Positions 57,701 through 64,000 of a DNA stretch of 64,000 nt are shown here, piece after piece. Below the pieces are notes generated by a model. The model searched no databases. It was not told the DNA's origin and saw only the letters and a list, made by a program, of their open reading frames with translations. The translations under genes were made by a program, and so were the position numbers. The first letter of the stretch is position 1. Each line of letters opens with the position of its first letter. This DNA is from a virus, in the IMG/VR virus record IMGVR_UViG_3300010883_028422, positions 1-64,000 of that record, one strand, 5' to 3'.

Positions 57701-59163
57701 AGATGGAAGAGGAGATTAAGAGTGTAACAAATACTTATGACGAAATACCTTCTTTGGCCATTATTGATGGAAACGGAGATGTCTATTTTCCAACAAAGTT
57801 TTATTTTGGAGATGATAGTAGCGATAGTGGCGCAGGAAGTGAAAAGAAGGTTATAGCGATTGATGCGAAGGTTATCAATAGAGACACGGCTCAGATGCTT
57901 GCTAAATCAAAAGAAACAAGAAAAGAGATGACGGATGCCACAAAGGCAGAGGTGGATACTTGCAATGCGATGGAGGGCAACGATGCTGATGGCTACCCTC
58001 TCTCAGACGGCTGCTTGGAAAAATTAGAATACGAGTATAATGAGTATAAGACAATTAGTTATCCACAAATTATGTTTTTTGATATGAGGCAGATAGAACA
58101 AGAGCTAGAGGACCTGTGTATGCCTGCTCAAATGAATGCAGAGGTTATACCGGATGAGGAGCCGGACGAGCTTATAGACATAGTTCAGGAGACGAGCGAC
58201 TGTATTCAGAAGTTTATCGACCAAGTTAATGAGCAGAGAACTGCGATACTTGATGCGATGGCAGAAACGCCGCCAGGAGACGGCGAAACATGGCTCACCG
58301 TTCCAGACATACCGCAGTTCGATGTTGAGGTGTTTACGTTAAATGGACAAACCCTTAAGGACTGCCTCAATGATAGTGTAGATAAAATATGCAAATTTGT
58401 TGTAAATCCATTAACGACATCATTTAAGGTTCTTGAGGACACGGACACGGCATCTGTAGGAGACTTATTCCCTGAGCTTGTTCTTAGCGAAACATATTCT
58501 GATGGTGCAGCAACAATGCTTGGTTTGTCACCAGCCCCTCCAATAACTGCAGAAACGCTAATTGATCCAGATCCGACGATAACAGATGAGGAGTTCCTTG
58601 AGGGATCCAAATTTATAGGAGCCAGAGAATATGCCGCTGGCATAGGAGATAACGCGGCTATAAAGATTGGCTCTGAGGCAACAATTCAGATTATACCTAG
58701 AGATATTTATAATGAAGCAATAAATGAAAATGCTGATTTGACTAGCAAAATAGAATTAGAGATCTTATCGGACGGAACAGGAGATGCGGAGTTTGAGCTA
58801 TATGAGCATGAAGATGGTGAAAAATATAATGTACGAAAAATGGGCGAAATATATGAAGGAAAGCTGTCTTCCGGCAAGCCAGGCGTAGTTAAATTAAAAG
58901 TATCCATATGTTTAAAAACTATAAAGGCATTTGCAAATGCCGGCCTGTCGTCAGAAGTGGAGGTTGTAGCTGAAGTTGATTGCATAGATACGGTAGAGAC
59001 AGAAGAAGAGGTTGCCGTAACTGCAATAGGCGGGATAGTGAAGGTTGATAGGATACTAACAATATTGTTTGTGTCGAAGACTGCAGCCTCAATTGGCGAT
59101 GGAGATGATGCAGCTGTCGCGAAACCGGGCCCACAGACGTTCGGCACTAGTTTGGAGAACTAA
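51703..59163 (+). CDS. Giant (2486 aa) baseplate-region virion protein with Ig-like domains and a hydrophobic helical module
   Basis: TAATG overlap with the spike gene. IPT/TIG-like PAPSIEEVLPS...LRIVGSDL; C-terminal filamin/Ig-like IGSEATIQIIPRDIYNE; Leu/Ile/Cys-rich block at about 56482-56937. Confidence 0.75.
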   Translation: MSALTSGFVGIKLSYNVVGDTKVTGCGSDCVEAAEVGEDLVMLYPTKHDINWGVTGKVPIPLSGGVILKIPGPKDEPNHAANDADRLNALLSAIRDDGMLAAHLAVEEEEEEVGGSGGSLLNRGTTLGSSEAETEDYPAYFLVNQAKKELNRVLYNISKNEGLTTGYKNLEDLKIIIGTSTIEDPSKIETGNDCAISSDIKSCFELTYIPLEVICGTKSIAQMFGERFKNVYGVCGNSYDRIADYMNSDEHSGPDDFEGDKVLTQDGEITSAVADLMGKLGGGIDILALLAGLFNLDFFPLDIEAIIMALAGDLVAEIAGAIGIEFGEMELAEKKRMLLAQLLDVLKETQIRELLLEFFPIQNVEEELVRGTGKIALDRRGFYTMHKGEIFIKLPNMSCMDAAGFVPAGVFYDTVDGKAVLNRVFFIEQHYQKKITRWGFLPLPPPAPLIENGNDITFPETSDVEFLVDGINLPEGQGKHTYFLSPIADPVGKLDVNQFQCNKEGRELFTAPLITRFIFAPSEAKAGPYDDYQASVGIAIFDAMIRKSVGRYGAMGDLFETSTTFGENKDGDKTLIIKKQNLDGAAAESVRKLGDAQMLVAFMLYELGDLAGAESTVNTAQGFYDTAEFILGKVDETEEIRILNIGFPLTDPSQTFAGDAKYLIGEKNRADLILAPLRVAMSGSTKNNRLHNNPGINGLSNLYSSNRPKFCSLPKDGDYASSHIPEFFWIPCSEEGKVGESIKLKVKADELKLRFVKREVKFALYAVDIMGQIARAPNGLISFDSPAPSIEEVLPSGCAGGGRITTDTFFTLRIVGSDLGNVKTIVFDGPNQKITFSSSSGGDYNVSVDDETIQITFAGNASPVKSTFGSWGFTNGEWECTLIDGDRRESKQEVSLYVSLADEELPSTCSSSLAYIPHDSFSAPGFDDEIYGVPLYLDESNNANIEIGSKSKLFSGKYDGLHAYLAVQIGAGVDERCDTFSFAEDRIEVFINIDGRNQRVILIKSIEYEFSASALSGFYKKPTFWGWGSGKKAIIEFPGKYNKLNFTPLVDMSSVFFIVTNRKIDEYEYTDNSIMDDGTYSFVRVGDNTNKDSDGNLNPGFIVSPRIAGIIALVPEKVSDGTTTYDGYNTLPMEISANLEKFIKDDLGFGGSKLAHRAVKTQGYFQNLAIIFTGSMISPDPEKSYSFFWGKTPDKKNNLKKKLKSKIKKVPGMPGYMYAVFEDVSTTETGSDIGLFLTHADKKFNPLGLYSSETLYFKATTNDINYVEADIDDEDLSLTLPDDINKLLEPLLAGPSGPGNDALTKRRDDGINHYLIPIKARSNIDMAMPGAVASSLGEVLSLKAGEPVANATGIGNTVAVTIPKQSVVPHGDYFTGEVGGKPVTRIITTIQISPNQPAWVVPEIYQLQIGGQIENTEEGMKKLDWGKQDSIKVWARGASLTKDWAIVFDVANDGRGAIPLINRSVEKIKPGDFMFDAELSPLLKAAFATKPKGDGNTVSCMPGLGLSDTNLKYDSAKATLGSVVTLDMTTVMKNMMNGPHKNKRRSPGLWKPVPKLTLGPVKLQLPVINPALMQSFCDFSFHLTGELKVHLEQFYILCIPIQVLLCIIDVICALLNPFKLVLAIIRLFECLFDLLLLLPQISIPVMFLNLVLHLLEILECIIRKILWLILAINALVIAFKNAIPINPETNEIDYRYIDWEAIQTLEETIGEYLFDMEADLDFLGPVMSVLGMFLQLLQLLFRFPCRINPSGGSYICGIDGSMLGGLIRGKAMPAEGSIDTNYLLPVAQVYSKEEGEIKGVGKTDDERTVILGCFSGSTHLYLPHMTSEIGKVYAQESDSDGTLLTNLIDDGTYDKKSYRAKGSGGDVSSIGDLTFTASITKSVAGFNLFESDPKLTTFHFNSSYEGWCFPVPWKPADGAGSWSYPIRSYIDLPRPGDSPLVLFDDSDISILKTKSGGNFVSPHDGYSFLKGIETDLERNVKPLTVTFEWSEFTVNPDTGEMEEEIKSVTNTYDEIPSLAIIDGNGDVYFPTKFYFGDDSSDSGAGSEKKVIAIDAKVINRDTAQMLAKSKETRKEMTDATKAEVDTCNAMEGNDADGYPLSDGCLEKLEYEYNEYKTISYPQIMFFDMRQIEQELEDLCMPAQMNAEVIPDEEPDELIDIVQETSDCIQKFIDQVNEQRTAILDAMAETPPGDGETWLTVPDIPQFDVEVFTLNGQTLKDCLNDSVDKICKFVVNPLTTSFKVLEDTDTASVGDLFPELVLSETYSDGAATMLGLSPAPPITAETLIDPDPTITDEEFLEGSKFIGAREYAAGIGDNAAIKIGSEATIQIIPRDIYNEAINENADLTSKIELEILSDGTGDAEFELYEHEDGEKYNVRKMGEIYEGKLSSGKPGVVKLKVSICLKTIKAFANAGLSSEVEVVAEVDCIDTVETEEEVAVTAIGGIVKVDRILTILFVSKTAASIGDGDDAAVAKPGPQTFGTSLEN

Positions 59164-59165
59164 TA

Positions 59166-61148
59166 ATGGCAGAAGTTAAACTAACAAATGTATTTGAACA
59201 GGCATTATCTGTTTTAAACAAGGCGTTTGCCGATGTTGCATTTGACGGACAAAAGGTAGAAACTTTAAATTTAAAGCACTTTGTAGAGGAGTATTCTGAC
59301 AGTCAGAAGAATGCGGTAACGTCTATAGCTGAGTACCTATCTTCATCGTCAAAGACTATTACAAAGATGCGCTCTAGTTACTTGCCGCAAGACCTTTTCC
59401 CTTCGCTATATTCGGACACCGAGGCAATGGGTGTTAACGTAGCTGGAGTTTCATTGAGTACGGTACGGGGCATCGATTCCGCTTCTGGTGGTAATTTTAC
59501 TGAGATGGAATCCTATGAGAATGCATTTATGAGAATGCTTGGTATGCCAATGAGCGATGATTCAAGGCTTAAGGGAAAAACAATAAGCTTTCTTGATCCA
59601 AAGTCTAAGAGCTTGATTGGTGACGGCAAATTTGCCCAAACAATTGAAGCTTTAGAAGAAACGGTATTAAATGAACGACAAAAAAATATTTTAACTAGAA
59701 GCAGGATTATAGATGATGCAATATTTAATAAAGATGAATCTGCATTGGCCTATAACCACAAGTGGACAGATGTAGAGGTTGAGGCTATAAAGGCGGCGAT
59801 TGACGGCTGGAAGACCTTTTCTGAGCAGAAGGCCAAAGATAAAACGACCGGCAAAGAGGCACCGACTCTCACAACAGAGAGGGGGAGGTTGATGCAGGTG
59901 ATGGAGAGGACTATAAATAATGATGAAAATATAAAAGAATTATACGGCATTCTTAATTCAACGCCAAAGCTAAGAGATGAGTACCTGTCCACCGTCAAAA
60001 CAGCAACAGAAGGGGGCGGAAATGTAAGTGATGCGATTAATAAGTTTCTTTTAGCAAATAAAAAAAATCTAAGTGTATACACTCTTCATGAAGATTTTTA
60101 TAGCTTTAAATATTTGCTTTTCCCACCAGTTCAAGATGCAAGAATATCAAAATGTTTAAATGAGCCAGAAAAGATAGTCTCTAGGCCGTTTTATGGGGCT
60201 AGCGATCACGTTAATTCAAAAAAAATAAGAATGAGTCTTCTTGAGGCCATAATAAGAATAAGAATGGACCGAGGATCTGGCGCCGGCCCAGAGATTCAGG
60301 ATTTATCGCTAGATAGTAGTGAGCGTCTTAATCCAAATACATTTGGAGTTCTCGAAGCACTTGTTATTGTTAGACTGCAAGCAGCTGTTGAGGCTTATTC
60401 GGTTAATATTCGTGATGATTTAGAGTCTTTATCAAATTATGCTTCAAAACTACATGTAGCGATCTCTGAGCATGAGGCTAGAAATGCGCAAGCAAGCCTT
60501 CTTGACGGAAGGGCACCCATTGTAACATACGAAGATGACTCATTTGATGGTGAGTTTTTGAGGAAAAGTCACTCGAAAACTGTTGAAACTGCAATATTAA
60601 CTTTGTTTGGAAATACAAATAAGGTTCCCGGCCTAAGCTCGGTTGTTCCGGCTACAAATGGAAATGTTTTAGACTCACAGGTTGGCGGCCTAAGGACCTC
60701 GTCTGTTTTAGACGCACATCTTTTGGCCCCAACCCTTGGAATAGTCGGCCTTCCGCTTAAGGCTATAAATGACAGACTTCAAGAGATGCGGGATGGAATC
60801 GAAAGGTCATCTGGGCCTGATATAAAGAAAAGTGTTGCCGGAATAAGAACAATTCTTGGCTCAACAAATGGCGTTGGCGCTATTGATGTTGCTGTTTTTT
60901 CCCTCGCACTGTTTACAATGCGCGAAGATCTGCTTCTCGGCCTAATACCAGTGGAATCTTATGATATGCTTAAAAATTCTAAAGAATTTAAGTATTTGCT
61001 CGGAAACACTGCAAATGACCAGCCAGATTTGATTGACTCATTAGAAAACTTATCTGCTCGGTTAAAGATTGGATACGACTCTTTTGTTAAAAAAATGAAG
61101 AAATTTAGGTACGAAGAAGACGTGTTGGCTAAGAAATCTGCAAAGTAA
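59166..61148 (+). CDS. Hypothetical 660-aa protein in the baseplate cluster
   Basis: Long ORF starting 2 nt after the upstream stop. Mostly helical composition, no recognised motif. Confidence 0.8.
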   Translation: MAEVKLTNVFEQALSVLNKAFADVAFDGQKVETLNLKHFVEEYSDSQKNAVTSIAEYLSSSSKTITKMRSSYLPQDLFPSLYSDTEAMGVNVAGVSLSTVRGIDSASGGNFTEMESYENAFMRMLGMPMSDDSRLKGKTISFLDPKSKSLIGDGKFAQTIEALEETVLNERQKNILTRSRIIDDAIFNKDESALAYNHKWTDVEVEAIKAAIDGWKTFSEQKAKDKTTGKEAPTLTTERGRLMQVMERTINNDENIKELYGILNSTPKLRDEYLSTVKTATEGGGNVSDAINKFLLANKKNLSVYTLHEDFYSFKYLLFPPVQDARISKCLNEPEKIVSRPFYGASDHVNSKKIRMSLLEAIIRIRMDRGSGAGPEIQDLSLDSSERLNPNTFGVLEALVIVRLQAAVEAYSVNIRDDLESLSNYASKLHVAISEHEARNAQASLLDGRAPIVTYEDDSFDGEFLRKSHSKTVETAILTLFGNTNKVPGLSSVVPATNGNVLDSQVGGLRTSSVLDAHLLAPTLGIVGLPLKAINDRLQEMRDGIERSSGPDIKKSVAGIRTILGSTNGVGAIDVAVFSLALFTMREDLLLGLIPVESYDMLKNSKEFKYLLGNTANDQPDLIDSLENLSARLKIGYDSFVKKMKKFRYEEDVLAKKSAK

Positions 61149-61240
61149 TGATTTTCTTATGAAATATGTTGGTATTTTGACAGACCGCTTTCTATTATTT
61201 TAATACAATTTAACGAATATTTAAATCTAGGTTAATACAC

Positions 61241-61672
61241 ATGTCGTTTGATTTGAGGATACAGAATGGTGATATAAAAATCTCAAGAGATGGGGACCTT
61301 GGTGTTGTTCTTGATAATGAAAAAATTAGACAAGATATAATAAAGATATTGCTTACAAAGTTGGGGGAAAATAAATATCATGCATATTACGGAAGCTCGC
61401 TTGGTGCGCTGGAAATTGGTGGAGTTCCGGATGTAGAAATCGTTGAGGGGGACTTATTAAGAATGACGGAGGAGTCGATGGCTGTATTGATGAGGCTTCA
61501 ATCAAATCAGGCCGGGGCCCAGTATATAACTCCTGGAGAAACAATTGTAGATATTTTAAATGTTGATATAAATAGAGATGTATCAGACCCAAGGGGATAT
61601 AACGTAAGCGTAACAGTTTTAACAAGAAAGCTAACAAAAGTTACAGAATCTGTAACGGTTAGAATTTTATAG
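61241..61672 (+). CDS. Baseplate wedge / sheath initiator protein (gp25/gpW-like)
   Basis: KIRQDIIKILLTKLGENKYHAYYGSSL matches the gp25 'ILxTxxGE...P.YGS' signature. Precedes the baseplate J-like gene. Confidence 0.85.
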   Translation: MSFDLRIQNGDIKISRDGDLGVVLDNEKIRQDIIKILLTKLGENKYHAYYGSSLGALEIGGVPDVEIVEGDLLRMTEESMAVLMRLQSNQAGAQYITPGETIVDILNVDINRDVSDPRGYNVSVTVLTRKLTKVTESVTVRIL

Positions 61673-61679
61673 GTGAACC

Positions 61680-64000
61680 GTGATATTTAGATCATTTAAT
61701 GAGATAGTAAATTCAATGCTTTCGAGGCTAAAGCTTGTTCAGCCGAATTTAGATACAAAGCCCGGTACTGTTTCCAGGGATTTGTTTGTTGACGTTCAAG
61801 CGGAGCAGCTTGAAAAGTTGCATCGCGCAATATCCTTGGTATCAAAGAAGCAGTCGCTTGCCTCTGCGACGGGTCAGGACTTAGATAGGCTATCAAGAAA
61901 CTTTTCTTTAACGAGGCGCGGCGGCTCTGTTTCGACAGGAATGGTTGTGTTTACAATATCTGATATATTTACTGATATATCCATACCCGATGGAACCATT
62001 GTTAGTTCCAGAGCCGGCGTAACGTTTAAAACAGTCGGCACTTTTAATATTAGTTCTTCAGAGAAGAATATGTTTGCTGCAAATGCTAATAGAATGAGAT
62101 CTGCGCTTGATTTAGCCGGAATAACTGATTCGTATGCGATAGAAATTCCCGTTCAATCAATGAGGGCTGGGCTGTCTGGAAATATAGGTACTATGCAGAT
62201 AGTGGATACGGCATTGCAGGAGAATATGAAGATAACAAACATTTCTGCATTTAGTGGTGGGTCAAACATTGAGGCAGACTCATCGTTTAGGGCTAGAATT
62301 TTAGCAATATTTAGTGGATCAAACATAGGCACTTCGTCTGGATATAAAAATGCCGCCTTAGATGTTAGCGGAGTTATTGATGTTTTGGTTGTAGAGCCAG
62401 GAAATACGCTGATGCTTAGAGACGGAACAGAGATAATAGAGGTTAACGACGGAACCTCTAGAATATTAAACTCTGGAACCGGCGGGAAAGTTGATATGTA
62501 TATATTGGGAAGACTTTTAAATCAAATAACAGAGTCTTTTATATATTCTGATATATCTGGTAGTGGTAACGCCTATGACGATAGGAATGATTATACGTTA
62601 GGTGTTCAATCACAAGATATAACAATGACATCTGACGAAAGAAGGCTCTATGCTTTTAAAAGTGGCAACATTCCATTCCAGCCTGTTGATTCAATAGTTC
62701 AGGCCTCTGGAACAAAGTCTGGTATATTTGCAGAAAAGTTTGTAGATGCAGATGGTGATGAGAGCGGCAACTATGAGCTTTTAGTAGATGATAATGTTGA
62801 TACCGGAGGCTCGCCGTTCGGCCTGGACCGGTTGCATTGGATCTCTAATACGAAAAATGTTATTGGAGAGATATATACAAAGTCCAATATGAATGAGATA
62901 TCTACGCTAAGCTTTTCTGATATAGATAGCATAGATCAGGTTTATCGAGATGTATCCATATTTGGAGAAAACTCTGCGCTTAGCATATCTGACAAGACGG
63001 TGATACAGATAAGTCATTATCCTGCTGTAAGAATATCTAGAGTTGTGAACAGAACAACTGGAGAAGTTTACTCTGTTGAAAATTCAAATATTGATTCAGA
63101 CCTTGGCCTAAATACAGATGGCCTTATAAGTATATCCGGAAGAACTCTGCCTACCCAGTCTGATATTTTGTCTGTTGATTATACATGGAGACATATATAT
63201 GATCCTTATATAGATTATGATGGGATGGGCTCCATATCAATTTTCAAAGATGAATCTGTTTCGGACTCAATAGATTGGGGCGCTTCATGTGGAATATTTG
63301 AAGAAGAGGCTTTGTTGACAGTATCAGATGATGGATTACAGTTTTTTGCAGAAGTAGACCATGATATAAGCAGAATTGTTTCGGCTTGTTCAAAAGAAAT
63401 ACTAAGTCTTGAGATAGAGGTGGTTGAGCTTGACGAAAAGACACTATATGGCGTAGTAATCGGGGATGACCATGATGCTGTGGATAATATTATATCAATA
63501 ACTAATTCGCATGGTGTTGAGATATACAACACTTCAGAGGCGAATGGAACGTTCTCATCTAGAACAATATATTTGCCATCAGACTGTGTTTCTGGCCCTG
63601 GAGATGAAGTTACCGTTTATTATAATAAGATTGAATTCTTTGACTTGTCGGGTGGTGATGGTGCATTTTTTGACAAAACGATTACGCTTCCATCTGCTGA
63701 CATATTAAGAACAAATGATGCTTATGATTCAGCAAAATATACTAGTGACTATGCTTTAAATGTTTATGTAAAATATGTTGGAGTAGTATCTGATACGGCC
63801 ACATCAAGTGACTTTTCTTTGCTTCCAATATCTGGTTCGGAGACCAGTCGGTCGCTCTTTGACTCAAACCTAAGCCCTATGGACGGAAGCAATCAGCCTA
63901 TATTCTTTGAATATAATTCTGATGGTACAGAAAATTATATAGCCAGATTTGGTCCATCAAGATTGAGTGTAACAACTTCAAATACCTCTAAAAGTGGAAA
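61680..64000 (+). CDS. Baseplate wedge protein J-like (gp6/gp47), 3'-truncated (>773 aa)
   Basis: Missing from the ORF track. GTG start at 61680 after AGGTG: VIFRSFNEIVNSMLSRL...PGTVSRDLF...ATGQDLDRLSRNFSLTRR and EADSSFRARILAIFSGSNIGTSSGYKNAALDVSGV. The frame has no stop where I read it, including at the window end. Confidence 0.88.
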   Translation, partial: MIFRSFNEIVNSMLSRLKLVQPNLDTKPGTVSRDLFVDVQAEQLEKLHRAISLVSKKQSLASATGQDLDRLSRNFSLTRRGGSVSTGMVVFTISDIFTDISIPDGTIVSSRAGVTFKTVGTFNISSSEKNMFAANANRMRSALDLAGITDSYAIEIPVQSMRAGLSGNIGTMQIVDTALQENMKITNISAFSGGSNIEADSSFRARILAIFSGSNIGTSSGYKNAALDVSGVIDVLVVEPGNTLMLRDGTEIIEVNDGTSRILNSGTGGKVDMYILGRLLNQITESFIYSDISGSGNAYDDRNDYTLGVQSQDITMTSDERRLYAFKSGNIPFQPVDSIVQASGTKSGIFAEKFVDADGDESGNYELLVDDNVDTGGSPFGLDRLHWISNTKNVIGEIYTKSNMNEISTLSFSDIDSIDQVYRDVSIFGENSALSISDKTVIQISHYPAVRISRVVNRTTGEVYSVENSNIDSDLGLNTDGLISISGRTLPTQSDILSVDYTWRHIYDPYIDYDGMGSISIFKDESVSDSIDWGASCGIFEEEALLTVSDDGLQFFAEVDHDISRIVSACSKEILSLEIEVVELDEKTLYGVVIGDDHDAVDNIISITNSHGVEIYNTSEANGTFSSRTIYLPSDCVSGPGDEVTVYYNKIEFFDLSGGDGAFFDKTITLPSADILRTNDAYDSAKYTSDYALNVYVKYVGVVSDTATSSDFSLLPISGSETSRSLFDSNLSPMDGSNQPIFFEYNSDGTENYIARFGPSRLSVTTSNTSKSG

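Larger units (their letters stand above)
1..64000 (+). other. Virion morphogenesis (head-neck-contractile tail-baseplate) region of a large myovirus-type phage
   Basis: All credible genes lie on the + strand, tightly packed with ATGA/TAATG overlaps. Capsid, sheath, tube, tape measure, hub, spike, gp25-like and baseplate J-like genes appear in canonical order. Confidence 0.95.

Noticed and set aside
51703-59163. Overall cysteine enrichment suggesting a disulfide-rich protein
   Set aside because: My hand count gives about 33 Cys in 2486 aa (~1.3%), close to background. Only the local cluster is notable.
249-63708. Numerous short minus-strand and off-frame plus-strand ORFs in the track
   Set aside because: They lie within or overlap long plus-strand genes, and I saw no convincing RBS or protein motif for them. 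I treat them as shadow ORFs.
1-64000. Extracellular contractile injection system, prophage boundary, CRISPR array, tRNAs or stop-codon recoding
   Set aside because: A capsid gene indicates a true phage. I saw no host genes, att sites, spaced repeats or cloverleaf sequences. Long ORFs end in TAA, TAG and TGA under code 11.

Overview
The window is one uninterrupted, plus-strand virion morphogenesis region of a large contractile-tailed (myovirus-type) phage. It uses the standard genetic code and bacterial-type Shine-Dalgarno sites. Gene order: a 5'-truncated giant protein (>3300 aa) and a 1002-aa orphan; head decoration protein; HK97-fold major capsid protein; small accessory genes (CCCH zinc finger, DUF5659-like, J-domain); a fibre; neck proteins mixed with a zincin protease and small membrane proteins; two paralogous beta-helix tailspike-like proteins; tail terminator; a large sheath; tube; a frameshifted chaperone pair; tape measure; tube initiator; hub; spike; a 2486-aa giant; a 660-aa orphan; gp25-like wedge; and a 3'-truncated baseplate J-like gene. 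I recognised no portal, terminase, prohead protease, endolysin, tRNA, CRISPR array or mobile element. The most unusual points are: (1) a tape measure protein ending in an S74 autocleaving chaperone domain; (2) a tandem tailspike pair located in the neck region that shares a perfect 66-bp block; (3) two giant orphan proteins, each with a hydrophobic helical segment; (4) oversized sheath, hub, spike and wedge proteins; and (5) a candidate late-promoter motif and a candidate maturation-cleavage motif. All calls rest on motifs read by eye, gene order and recalled family knowledge. No database search was run.
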